Source of the DNA: Octopus bimaculoides | Taxonomy: Eukaryota | Direction: 5' to 3' | Assembly (NCBI RefSeq): GCF_001194135.2 | Contig: NC_068998.1 | Coordinates: forward strand, 21,642,638-21,706,637 | DNA: 64,000 nucleotides | Shown here: positions 1-11,695 of the stretch, in pieces | Layout of the letters: each line of letters opens with the position of its first letter | Position numbering within the stretch: position 1 is the stretch's first letter | The notes under the pieces: generated by a model | What the model was told of the DNA's origin: nothing | The model's input: the letters and a program-made list of their open reading frames with translations, nothing else | Database searches by the model: none | Position numbers and translations under genes: made by a program

Positions 1-45
<45 letters not shown>

Positions 46-983
46 TAGTCATGGCATATACAGGAACAAGCGAAGCTATCAGAAGATATATATTTACGTA
101 TATCTTCCGCTTACCACCGGAAATGAACAACGACAAATGTTACTTGCTCCAGTAAATACATAAATGAGAAACAATCTTCGCGAAGAATAATAAAAAATAT
201 AAAGAAGAATGCCTGAATACACAAACGTAACTATTATATGTATATTCTCATAACTCTTTCCATCTCTCTTTACTTCTATCTTTCCAACTTTCCTACCATG
301 TTTCTCTTTCTCTCTGTGTAGATGCATATGCATAAATATATATTCATTTACACACATATTACATATACGTATGTGTGTATGAATACATGAATGTATGTTT
401 GTGTCTACGTATGAGTGTATCCACAGGCACACACTCACCCTCACACATATATATGCATACAAATATATAAACAGAAACATATGCAGTGTGTCCAATGACA
501 TGTACACACACATTAAAAGCTTTAGAGTTTTATTAAGATACATTACAGTTTGAAAATTTTAGAGAATCAACAAATAGAATTTAATTCTCTTATGAACGCC
601 TTCTTTTAAACTGGTAATAATTCTAGTCTAAGGACTGAGAATACTGCGAATCAATGCGACAAGAACCATCATGAAATATTTTGCGCGTTATGTGTGCGTA
701 TTCTTGTTAAATTACTAAACACTATTGGTAAAGCGTTGCCTCTTTGGTACCGTATTATTTTTCTGTTACATATACTCGTAGAAATAAGTTCTGTGGTGTA
801 AGTTCAGAATTCTTAGAATATAAGTGTTCTAATAATTAGCGCTTCAAATTGCGACGGATACTTCATTTTGAAATTTCAATCTCATGACTTACTTACCCCA
901 CAGAATCACTTAAGCTCTGGCAACATGTTTCGATCATCTAAAATGTTTCCGATGAACAATTTAAAGCGGCAGAAATATAACAA

Positions 984-1029
984 AAGACTGTTACTCGGAG
1001 TTTCACGTTCCTGTTCATCGGACAGTTTT
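984..1029 (-). ncRNA. Minimal type I hammerhead ribozyme-like motif (mirror copy)
   Basis: The minus strand reads AAAACUGU-CCGAUGA-AC AGGAAC GU-GAAA-CUC C GAG-UA-ACAGUCUU. Stem I has 5 contiguous base pairs next to the core. Cleavage is predicted between 992 and 991. Confidence 0.65.
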
Positions 1030-1037
1030 GTTAGAAC

Positions 1038-1083
1038 AAAACTGTCCGATGAACGGGAATGTGAAACTCCGAGTAACAATTTT
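1038..1083 (+). ncRNA. Minimal type I hammerhead ribozyme-like motif (CCGAUGA variant core)
   Basis: Stem I is AAAACUGU(1038-45)/ACAAUUUU(1076-83), 7 of 8 bp. Core CCGAUGA is at 1046-52, stem II is AC-GGGAAU-GU and GAAA is at 1063-66. Stem III ACUC-C-GAGU is palindromic, and the GUA triplet predicts cleavage after 1075. Confidence 0.65.
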
Positions 1084-1630
1084 TGGTTATATTTCTGCTC
1101 TTTTTGAATAAAGCATATTACTCTACCTCTAGTATTTTGAGTACTCTTTTTTCCACCTTGTTGCACATTTATGTGGTCACTCCGCTATATATATATATAT
1201 NNNNNNNNNNNNNNNNNNNNNNNNNNNNNNNNNNNNNNNNNNNNNNNNNNNNNNNNNNNNNNNNNNNNNNNNNNNNNNNNNNNNNNNNNNNNNNNNNNNN
1301 NNNNNNNNNNNNNNNNNNNNNNNNNNNNNNNNNNNNNNNNNNNNNNNNNNNNNNNNNNNNNNNNNNNNNNNNNNNNNNNNNNNNNNNNNNNNNNNNNNNN
1401 NNNNNNNNNNNNNNNNNNNNNNNNNNNNNNNNNNNNNNNNNNNNNNNNNNNNNNNNNNNNNNNNNNNNNNNNNNNNNNNNNNNNNNNNNNNNNNNNNNNN
1501 NNNNNNNNNNNNNNNNNNNNNNNNNNNNNNNNNNNNNNNNNNNNNNNNNNNNNNNNNNNNNNNNNNNNNNNNNNNNNNNNNNNNNNNNNNNNNNNNNNNN
1601 NNNNNNNNNNNNNNNNNNNNNNNNNNNNNN

Positions 1631-1838
1631 TATACACTAATCCCTTATCGCGGTTCATCTATCGTGGTTTACTATTTAAGCTTACGTCGATTCCTTTCTG
1701 GTGTGTTGCATTTATAATGAAAACTGAAATACAAATTATAAAAGTAATGAAAATATAGTGTACAGCACTGTTTCTACTTCGCTTATATTCACCTATCGCG
1801 GGGGTTTTGGGAACGTAACACCCACGATAGTCGAGGAA
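1631..1838. mobile_element. Possible pogo/Tigger-like MITE relic
   Basis: The left end TACAC(T)AATCCC..TATCGCGG and the right end CGATAGTCGAGGA resemble degenerate pogo/Tigger-type termini. There is an internal hairpin ctatcg..cgatag. The ends are truncated by a gap and a (CA)n tract. Confidence 0.35.
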
Positions 1839-1896
1839 CACACACACACACACACACACACACGCACGAACGCACGCACACACACACACACACACG

Positions 1897-1934
<38 letters not shown>

Positions 1935-4109
1935 TATACAAGGGGATTCAAAAGTAGCCATACATAGGAACAATTTATGTTTCATAAAAACAGTTTATAA
2001 CAACAGTTTTTTGTATTTAACAGGCTCTATATGGTTACAAGTATTTTGAATACACATTGCAATACGTTTACCTCACTCATTGTGAACTCGTAATTGCACA
2101 TCTGGTGATACTTGTGTGCACATCAGTTGGTTATGTGTTCCATCAAATGATTTATGTCTTTTATCTTTCCGCGATACACCATGCCTTTCAAANNNNNNNN
2201 NNTGCGTATATGGGTACAAATGAGTTAAATACGCAAATAACGAGAGAAGACGGGACAGGTAATACAGAGAATGACCCTTCATCAGTTGTGATCTGTCTAT
2301 CTCGGGCAATCAGCAACAATATGAATCTTCGAAGATATCTGCTCCAATGAGTAACAAAATAAAATTTTAGATTTAAGGAAGGTCAAATTCAGGAAAATAC
2401 AGGACAACGGAGACATACAAGGAAGCCGAACGAAAACAAACATGGAGGCTCGTTATACCTGAACTCGGAAAAAAATAGTGAACACTGAGAGATATATTTC
2501 CTTTAAAAAGAGAAAAGATAGAAAATCCGTGCCGGAAAGAAAGAGGGTCACGTCAGGAAAAGAAAGATGGATGATGGTCACATGTGAGAAAAGAGAGAGG
2601 GAAAAATAGAAAGAAGGGGAGAGACGGAGACAGATAGAGAACGGTGAGGTAGAGGAAGAGAATTAGAGAGGATAGATGAGAAGACAGTATAGAGTAGAGT
2701 CGCATCAAAAAGGGTAAGAGAAACTTATACATATATATACTAGCGAGTGGACAACCTAAAAAATGAGGACTCAACACATTTAGTAAGAGTTAGATGTATT
2801 ACATAAAACTGTTTGATTCGTTTCCTTGCCACTTCAAGTATATATATACACACACATATGCATATATTTATATATATGTATATATNNNNNNNNNNNNNNN
2901 NNNNNNNNNNNNNNNNNNNNNNNNNNNNNNNNNNNNNNNNNNNNNNNNNNNNNNNNNNNNNNNNNNNNNNNNNNNNNNNNNNNNNNNNNNNNNNNNNNNN
3001 NNNNNNNNNNNNNNNNNNNNNNNNNNNNNNNNNNNNNNNNNNNNNNNNNNNNNNNNNNNNNNNNNNNNNNNNNNNNNNNNNNNNNNNNNNNNNNNNNNNN
3101 NNNNNNNNNNNNNNNNNNNNNNNNNNNNNNNNNNNNNNNNNNNNNNNNNNNNNNNNNNNNNNNNNNNNNNNNNNNNNNNNNNNNNNNNNNNNNNNNNNNN
3201 NNNNNNNNNNNNNNNNNNNNNNNNNNNNNNNNNNNNNNNNNNNNNNNNNNNNNNNNNNNNNNNNNNNNNNNNNNNNNNNNNNNNNNNNNNNNNNNNNNNN
3301 NNNNNNNNNNNNNNNNNNNNNNNNNNNNNNNNNNNNNNNNNNNNNNNNNNNNNNNNNNNNNNNNNNNNNNNNNNNNNNNNNNNNNNNNNNNNNNNNNNNN
3401 NNNNNNNNNNNNNNNNNNNNNNNNNNNNNNNNNNNNNNNNNNNNNNNNNNNNNNNNNNNNNNNNNNNNNNNNNNNNNNNNNNNNNNNNNNNNNNNNNNNN
3501 NNNNNNNNNNNNNNNNNNNNNNNNNNNNNNNNNNNNNNNNNNNNNNNNNNNNNNNNNNNNNNNNNNNNNNNNNNNNNNNNNNNNNNNNNNNNNNNNNNNT
3601 ATATATATATATATATATATGCATAGATATGTGTGTGGAAGTGTGTATGTATAACAGCAAATCTTTTTTCATCCTAGAAGGCTTCTTCAAATGGAATTTA
3701 ATTAAAAATATGTAAGAAATGGAATTAGATTTAAGAAAATGTAATCATAAATCATTTATTAAGAAAATAATGTTGCCACCTGACAATTTAATAACTTACT
3801 GCATACGTGTACACACACACACACACAAACAAAAAAAGCTCACACACACACATAGGTCCGCACACATACACAAGCACACATACACACACACACACACACA
3901 CACGCACAAATACACACAGATACATGAATATTTATGCATATACGTGGTTTGGCTGAAACGTTCATAAGATAACTATGAAGTAGTGAGTGATACTGGAGAT
4001 GTGAAATCTTGCATGCAGTAATTTCAACTCCTTTTATTAATAACTTCATCCTTTCCATGTAAATTGACATATGGCTGTTAGAAGAAATTTTCAAAACTAA
4101 CTAGCAACT

Positions 4110-4480
4110 ACTTCTCTTCAATATTTGGCATTGTGCTGTTATCAATTACTTGCAGAAAAACGGCTTAGCACCCAAGGATATTCATGCTGATATGGCTGCT
4201 ACATTCGGGAATGAAACTGTTTTATGAAGAGTGCAAATGTGTGAAACTAAATTTAGGATGAAAAACTGAGTTTTTAACATGCTGCAACGACTGGGTGTCC
4301 TTCACCTGCCATCGCCGAGCAAAGAATTGATCGAGTTCATCACATGGTCAAGGATGACAGGCGTGAGAATGCTGAGTGTAATCTGCGCAATGAATTTGGC
4401 GTGACGATTTCTGCTAGGTGGGTGCCACCTCTTCTGACTCCTGATCAAAAGCACGCCAGGCTGATCGCATCACGAAAAGA
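4110..4480 (+). mobile_element. Mariner transposase N-terminal fragment (decayed)
   Basis: Frames give AVINYLQKNGLAPKDIHADM and ISARWVPPLLTPDQKH (mariner WVPxxL motif). It is homologous to the copy at 37680-38880 and is cut by a poly-A run and an N-gap. Confidence 0.85.
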
Positions 4481-5263
4481 AAAAAAAAAAAAAAAAANNN
4501 NNNNNNNNNNNNNNNNNNNNNNNNNNNNNNNNNNNNNNNNNNNNNNNNNNNNNNNNNNNNNNNNNNNNNNNNNNNNNNNNNNNNNNNNNNNNNNNNNNNN
4601 NNNNNNNNNNNNNNNNNNNNNNNNNNNNNNNNNNNNNNNNNNNNNNNNNNNNNNNNNNNNNNNNNNNNNNNNNNNNNNNNNNNNNNNNNNNNNNNNNNNN
4701 NNNNNNNNNNNNNNNNNNNNNNNNNNNNNNNNNNNNNNNNNNNNNNNNNNNNNNNNNNNNNNNNNNNNNNNNNNNNNNNNNNNNNNNNNNNNNNNNNNNN
4801 NNNNNNNNNNNNNNNNNNNNNNNNNNNNNNNNNNATATATATACACACATGCATATATCTGCATTCTTCTTTGTGGAAATATGTATTCGTTACGACTTAT
4901 ACTCCAATTCGACCAAAAATAGCGATTTTTAAAAAGTTCAATTGCAGTGCGTATCTTAGGACAAACATTTAACCGCAAAGTTCTTTATGCACTTTTCTTC
5001 TAACGTTTATTTGCAACAGAATATCGATTCTTTGTTACTGATTTCGAAATCTTCATTTTTCGCTCCACCTTAGTATCCTACTTTTGAGCACCCATAAGAT
5101 GTTAAGCCTAGACTTAGTTTGCTTGAATCCCGTGGACTCTTAATGTTTAGTTGTTATCCTTTTATGCATGCAACACCGCTATAATGCCATTTTATCGCTA
5201 TTATAAATTTGGTCAGAATAAATGTGCCCGTTGACAACGAGCTTGGCAATATAATTTGCTTAC

Positions 5264-5332
5264 TTGACTTGGCTACATCGTGATGATATGCATATTTTGT
5301 TGAAGGGAATGTCATGAATGCTTCTTGACACT
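5264..5332 (-). CDS. Candidate exon (69 nt), unidentified gene
   Basis: Acceptor gatgatttcAG and donor GTAAGC. Two frames are open: ECQEAFMTFPSTKYAYHHDVAKS and VSRSIHDIPFNKICISSRCSQV. Confidence 0.3.
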
Positions 5333-5557
5333 CTGAAATCATCACGAGAATATTTGAACCCGTTCTATTATCAAACTGCCTGACATTTCCACAATCACTC
5401 TGGTATTAGCAAAGCCATTCCAACTTAATCATACCATATTTCATTATTCGTCTAATCGTAATTTACTTTTAGGGTCACTCTCTCTGTAGGATTTCAAAAT
5501 TTGTCACTTGTACTTCTGCCCATCATAAACCACTGATGAAACAATGTTATAGGTTAC

Positions 5558-5662
5558 GTATTGAACCCCAGGGTCCGTATTTCTCAATGATTTAAATTTC
5601 TGTTGAAACGATATCGACAGTTGATTTTGTAATACAATCACGTCTCTCACAGAAGTCATAGT
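5558..5662 (-). CDS. Candidate exon (105 nt), unidentified gene
   Basis: Long pyrimidine-rich acceptor ending cccAG and donor GTAACC. The phase-0 frame is open: TMTSVRDVIVLQNQLSISFQQKFKSLRNTDPGVQY. Confidence 0.25.
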
Positions 5663-5883
5663 CTGGGTTAAATTAAAGCAACATATAAAAGAAATCAACA
5701 AAATCTATGCATCAACATTGAAAACTGAAGTGTCAAACAAACTTGAATAGTGTGCAACACTAAATGCAACCAGTGTTCACACACAGGAAATGCGTGTTCC
5801 TATCGCTGAAACTTAGAGATCCTGTTCGCAATATTCCTTGAACTAAAAGTCATTCCGCCCAAATTGTGAATTGCACCAACATA

Positions 5884-5890
5884 TCTATCA

Positions 5891-5966
<76 letters not shown>

Positions 5967-5980
5967 TCTGTCTGTCTGTC
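5884..5980. repeat. Compound (TCTA)n/(TCTG)n microsatellite
   Basis: Read directly from the sequence. Similar compound tracts occur at about 27890-27980 and 55305-55408. Confidence 0.95.
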
Positions 5981-6261
5981 TACCTATATAATTTATTATA
6001 TTTATGTATATGAATANNNNNNNNNNNNNNNNNNNNNNNNNNNNNNNNNNNNNNNNNNNNNNNNNNNNNNNNNNNNNNNNNNNNNNNNNNNNNNNNNNNN
6101 NNNNNNNNNNNNNNNNNNNNNNNNNNNNNNNNNNNNNNNNNNNNNNNNNNNNNNNNNNNNNNNNNNNNNNNNNNNNNNNNNNNNNNNNATATCTCTTAAA
6201 TCTAAAAAAATATTTTATTTTATCTATTTATATAATTTGTTATTGTTCCAATTGTCTTCAT

Positions 6262-6262
6262 A

Positions 6263-6325
<63 letters not shown>

Positions 6326-6478
6326 TAGTCTTATTTTTATAACGTGCTTTCACTGCACTACCGAGCGCAGCTCTGTGCGCCTTGGGTATGTGATGTGGTT
6401 TGCTGTGATGCTCTTATGGTTACTGTATTGGAAGTGTTTTACGTAGGATGTGTGCAGTGCCCAGTAGTGCTTATTTTT

Positions 6479-6528
<50 letters not shown>
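6262..6528. repeat. (ATT)n and (CAT)n trinucleotide microsatellites
   Basis: (ATT)n at about 6262-6322 and (CAT)n at about 6481-6528. Confidence 0.95.
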
Positions 6529-6529
<1 letters not shown>

Positions 6530-6789
6530 GTAAGAGGCTTACGGTCTGTATTAAAGAAAATGTATCTCTTTTTTTATTCTCACTAAAATGTTTCAGATGT
6601 TCCATGGTGAATTTTTCCATTACTATTTCTGAACTGATACCCAGCCTTTGCCTTCCTTAATACTAAATTGAGGGGGATCAAACATAAGACAAATATTAAT
6701 GAGGACAACGATTCCTCCTGGAAAATTCCTGGCAGTTAAAGCAAAAGAAGATCACTACATCAGATCCAAAGGGCTCTTATATAAACCGA

Positions 6790-7465
6790 AAAATCCAGCA
6801 GAAGATTTGATTTGTTTTTTTCTCAAACGAGAGAACTTCGACCAAGATCAAACAGTTACCAAAAACAATGACAGATGGTTATGTGCAGACCCATCTGAAG
6901 TTCCAAGTGTTATTCTAAGAAACTTTCTGCAACTGTTATGGTTTTAGGGGTTTCAAGCAATGAAGGACATGTGATGCCTACTTACCTCTTTCCACAAGGC
7001 TTTAGAGTTAACTCTGCCGCCAACATTGAGGTCCTGGATATAATTGTTAAGCCCTAGATAGACAGTGTATGTAATAGAAGGCATCTGTATTTCGATGAGT
7101 CTCTGCACTATAAGCCCTAACATTTGGCCTCCTAATTTCTCAGATCTCAATCCATTGGACTATTCCATGTGGAGCGTTGTTGAGAGACAGGTCAATGAAG
7201 ACTCCCGTAACACTAAAGATTCTTTGAAAGCTGGCATAGTCAGAGTAATGTCCAAAATGTACCAGGAACACTTGACTCCAGCATGTAGCTGATTTAGATC
7301 TCATAAAGAAGCAGCTGTTGCCGCTGAATAAAATTATAGAAATGGATGTTTATATTTATCTGCATAGCATTTATTGATAAACAAAGTTATCTATTATCAT
7401 ATATCTGTTTTCTTATACACATAAATTTGTCATTAAATATATCTTACTATCTTACGCATCCTGTA
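6790..7465 (+). mobile_element. Tc1/mariner-superfamily (maT/DD37D-like) transposase fragment with 3' terminus
   Basis: Frames give NDRWLCADPSEVPSV, VMVLG..SNEGHVMP and WPPNFSDLNPLDYSMWSVVERQVN (WPPxSPDLNPLDY motif). It ends in ...cttacgcatcctgTA. Confidence 0.85.
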
Positions 7466-7581
7466 AATATATATATATATATATCTGAAATTGTTCGTCC
7501 AATATAATTAATACAGTGGTGTCAAACATGAAATGGTTGTTTTGAAGGATGAATTTTATCCATTCGATTATGAAATGTTTG

Positions 7582-8022
7582 TTAATCTGGTATCTTTTGT
7601 AGATATTTGTCCACCCAGAATCGGATTGTTTCTATTTCATAATTGTAGTGTATACTTGTGTATAGGTTTATCACATCAAATGAAACCATGTGTGTTCCTT
7701 CCTTGAACTTTTCTGCTAGATGATTTAACATATCTAAGTCATCTCTAATATAACTTTTGATGTATTTTAGAAGTGGTTTCAGGAAAATATCCATGAGGCA
7801 ACTTATTCGATGTGTTTCACAGTATGGTCGAGCTATAATAGGCCGTAATTTTAGGTTTCCTGGTTCCTGGTGCTGGTTTATGTATGTATGTATGCTTTTG
7901 GTGGTTTTTTTGTGAATTTTCGGTAGCCTGTAAAATATGCTGGCGTTACATTTAAAGTATTCTATTTCTTTTTTTACTAGATCTTTTTCGTCGGTGTGGA
8001 GTAGTGAAAAGAGGTTTTTCAT
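7582..8022 (-). mobile_element. Penelope-like element reverse transcriptase fragment
   Basis: The ORF contains FYRLPKIHK, LRPIIA and VSFDVINLYTSI, which are motifs 1-3 typical of Penelope-like RTs. It is truncated. Confidence 0.85.
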
Positions 8023-8204
8023 TATTTTTGTGGGAGTGTAAGGATTGATTTTTTTCCCTTATTTAGCATAATATTGTACAATACATTTGCTATCATTATT
8101 CTAATATATTCGTATGTGGTGTAAAACAAATCGTCTGTGTTGTGTCATGTTTTTGCTTTCCTTGTACATTCAACCACGTCGAATTAACAACCATACTTTC
8201 TATC

Positions 8205-8207
<3 letters not shown>

Positions 8208-8265
<58 letters not shown>
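8208..8265. repeat. (CT)n microsatellite
   Basis: Read directly from the sequence. Confidence 0.95.
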
Positions 8266-8270
<5 letters not shown>

Positions 8271-9744
8271 ATACATATATATATGCGTGCGTGTGTGTGT
8301 TTGTGTGTCTGTGTCTGTGTGTCTGCGCGTATAAATATTCATGTATGTGTGTGAGATTGTGTGCATATGTAATATATCTCTCTGTGTCGACAGTATGCAT
8401 AGTTATATGCATGTAGATACAGGCATATTCATACACCAGCAGGCATGTTTGTATGCACTGCAGTGTTAAAGTGAAGCGGGCATAATTACGTCCTATATGT
8501 CATCTCTGATTCTTTATTGTTCGTTGGCTTTATATTATCATGTTGTCGGGGTTTATACTGCGTAGTACATATATAATGTTTATCATGATAATATATTTAG
8601 TGAACTGTTTTAAGAAACGAGCGCTAAACCTTATATTTACCGACACAATGCATGTTCAGATATTGTATTTTTTAAAATTCTCATTTCTATCCATACATAA
8701 AAATCCCCTTGAGTTGTTTAACTCGAGATAAGAACTTACAAGACGTAACTTTGCAAAATTTTGACATTACTCCGAAAGAAGTTTGTATTCATGACAATTT
8801 GCTCACCTATCAATTGTTCGTACGCTAATATTTATCTGAAATTAATAGTCCAATGCATACAATTTTATCTACAAAAAAGTTTCTCAGTGTAACACATTTT
8901 TTTTTCGCATCATTTTGAAGCATATATACTGTAACAACAGAGAGATTGCAGGCATAAGTAATGCGGTATTATTATGAAGTGTTGCTTGAAAGCCATGACG
9001 TCTAAAGCTTGATGCAATAACGGTGACAGAGAGTAAGTTGTGCGTTTGAGTTTGCTTGCGTGCATACATGCGCCCTCACGCACACGCAGAAATATGTGCC
9101 TCTGTTAATGCATATGCATACACATATTTATCTATCACCTGAATATCTTTTTCCTGGAAAAAGTGTTATGCCTTCACATCTGCAGGTATTTGTGTATGTC
9201 TTGGTATGTTCATGGCTTAAATGATATTTCATTTCCTTTAACTTTGGGTTTCTGGAGAGTATTAGTGTAAATAGAAGAAATACTAGTTTAGATAAATCGA
9301 TAAGGATGTTGTTCGATAGGCATTCCGTTTCCTTGGGTTGTTTTCGCGACAGTAATTACGAAAGATAAAACAAAGTAGTTTGACAGAATATTGTGGCATC
9401 AAGGGAATTGCATAGTAACTTTGTTTTTTTATTCGAATATGTGTCTGCAGTAGTTTTCTCACGGTTGGGTCTTCAGAGGGTTGCAGCAGGTTTTCCTTTA
9501 GTAGTCAATGTTTGAATATGACGACAGATACGTTAGTATGCCCGACGATGTCCTAAATCTCTGACAATCATTATCAGGAAAACGAATTCATATATAAAAA
9601 AAGCACAATAAACCAAGCAGACAATCGGATAAATGTTATGTCAGTGAGAAAGTTAGAGGGGTAACTATTTTGACATGGGTAGATTGTTGATGAATATATA
9701 CTCTAGAATCTCTCTCTTACATTAAAAAAAAACATGCTTACTTG

Positions 9745-9960
9745 CATACATATATTCATACATACATACATGTATACATACATACACACATACATACATA
9801 CATACATACATACGTACATACATACATATATATGCGGACATACATACATATATGCATGAAAACTTACATACATGCATGCATACATGCATAAACACATACA
9901 CACCTACATAGATACATACGTTCTTACATACATACATAAATACACACATACATACATACG
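9745..9960. repeat. Degenerate (TACA)n microsatellite
   Basis: Read directly from the sequence. Confidence 0.9.
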
Positions 9961-9978
9961 CGTGCGTGTGTACAATAT

Positions 9979-10116
9979 GCGCAGGCGTAGCTTTTGCTGA
10001 GCAGCCACATTGTTTCGGATTCGTCCGTACTGCGTGGCAACTTGGGCATACATTTTCGTCTATAACCTAGGGGCGCCTAATGGATTGTGAGTGGAAATGG
10101 TAGGCGGAAAGTGAAA

Positions 10117-10158
<42 letters not shown>

Positions 10159-10395
10159 GTCTTTGTGTGCGTGCCTGTGTGCCTGTGTTGTGTGAGTATT
10201 TGTGTGTACGTGTGTGTGTGTGTGTGTGTGTGCTTGTGTTTGTTCCCTGCCGCCGCTTGACACCTCGCCGCAATACTACGGTTCGGAAAAAGGGACCGAT
10301 AAAATAGGTAACAAAAATAGGCTTAACAAATTTAGTACTAGGGATGCGTTGTTCGACAAAATGTTCTTCAAGTCCTTAGTGTAATGACTGATTCA
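9979..10395 (+). mobile_element. Decayed SINE with an internal (TA)n/(GT)n tract
   Basis: Degenerate tRNA-like head with a B-box-like tttcggattcg, an internal microsatellite and a 3' body ...cggttcgg..gaccgataaaatag. Related tail fragments lie at about 25625-25670(-) and 41645-41715(+). Confidence 0.6.
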
Positions 10396-10815
10396 ATTAG
10401 AAGTGGAGAATCATTGTATTCAATATGTTTCTATGTAAGAAAATGAATATAACGATACTTTTTCACAAAAATGCCAAACTCACCTTAAGAATACGTATAC
10501 CTATATAATTTGAATTGAACACTAATATATTCTCATATTGATTGTTAAATGACTGAACTCAATGTGCAAAGACAGAAACTATATTTTTCAATTTATGGAG
10601 CTCAGTCCTGCTATGTATATCGTGCATATTGTATTGAATTAATAATTTAGAAATATTACTGAGTTCCTTGTTTTGTGTACTTTAAAATATATACACAAGT
10701 GAGAATATATTTACCGGCCCAGATACTGAGGTGTACTTTAACTACTGAACATATACACAAAAATGTAACAGGTTTGGGAATCTGCACATTGAAATGGTGA
10801 TATGTCTTATATCGT

Positions 10816-11166
10816 GGAGGCGCAATAGCCCAGTGGTTAGGGCAGCGGACTCGCGGTCATAGGATCGCAGTTTCGATTCCCAGATCGGGCGTTGTGAGTG
10901 TTTATTGAGCGAAAACACCTAAAGCCCCACGAGGCGTCCGGCAGGGGATGGTGCCGAACCATGCTGTACTCTTTCACCACAATTTTCTCTCTTACTTCCA
11001 GTTTCTGTTGTGCCTGTATTTCAAAGAGTCAGCCTTGTCACACTGTGTCACGTTGAATACCCTTGTCTGTGGAGTGCTCAGCCACTTGCACGTTAATTTC
11101 ACGAGCAGGCTGTTCCGTTGATCGGATCAACTGGAACCCTCAACGTCGTAAGCGACGGAATGCCAA
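10816..11166 (+). mobile_element. tRNA-derived SINE (octopus OR-type, inferred)
   Basis: The head GGAGGCGCAATAGCCCAGTGGTTAGG..GTTTCGATTCC contains Pol III A-box and B-box motifs. It is followed by about 280 nt of non-tRNA body, so it is not a tRNA gene. Confidence 0.8.
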
Positions 11167-11479
11167 GGAAGGATGTCTTATATCAATATTTATTTCAATA
11201 GGTTCTGTAGTTATTTCTCTTGCAGAATTGTCCTACCCTCAAAGAGGTATTTGGTAGTTAAGGAGCAATTTATGCCATATCATCATTTCGACATCAGGAT
11301 AAATTGTGTGAGTATACCATATATTTACAGTATGTATAGATGTCAATTGGCGTTCATATTTTACTGTCACTTTCGTAAATATTTCTATTCCTACTGCTAT
11401 TAAGTGATTAGCTGATTAGAAACTATTTCTGGATCTAACATTAAATAATCTACCTTTAAACTATATGCCAAGTTCTTAC

Positions 11480-11539
11480 CGGAAATATTGCAACTGTTGC
11501 AAATGTTGCAGACGATCGTCTCTACAGTCTGAACACAAT
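11480..11539 (-). CDS. Candidate exon (60 nt), unidentified gene
   Basis: Acceptor ttgcacgtttacAG and donor GTAAGA. Two frames are open: CVQTVETIVCNICNSCNIS and LCSDCRDDRLQHLQQLQYF. Confidence 0.4.
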
Positions 11540-11554
11540 CTGTAAACGTGCAAA

Positions 11555-11695
11555 TACAGGGTGTCCCAGAATTAAATATCTATTCTAATGTAATTAGGCA
11601 AATTAAAAAACAAAAATTATCAGAAATTTATATATATTACTTAGTTATGATATCAAATCTATCCTTACACATGTTGAAGTATTTCAGGCGTTATC
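11555..11695 (+). mobile_element. Tc1/mariner-type terminal fragment
   Basis: Begins TA|CAGGGTGTCCC, a typical Tc1/mariner TIR start. No matching second end was seen. Confidence 0.35.

Larger units (their letters stand above)
969..1098. repeat. Near-perfect inverted repeat (two 64-bp arms, 2-nt spacer)
   Basis: Arm 969-1032 matches the reverse complement of 1035-1098 without gaps, with 5 differences by hand count. The mirrored peptides in ORFs 868..1107(+) and 906..1166(-) are a consequence of this. Confidence 0.97.

Noticed and set aside
915-960. Third CCGATGAAC, and a minus-strand AGATGA-TC-GAAACATGTT next to the palindrome
   Set aside because: Stem I does not pair in either reading. It may be a fragment of the same element but is not a supportable ribozyme.
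2279-2285. Minus-strand CTGATGA, also at about 12178-12185
   Set aside because: No valid stem II-GAAA-stem III arrangement follows either one.
10816-10890. tRNA-like sequence
   Set aside because: It has no complete cloverleaf or terminator and continues into a SINE body.
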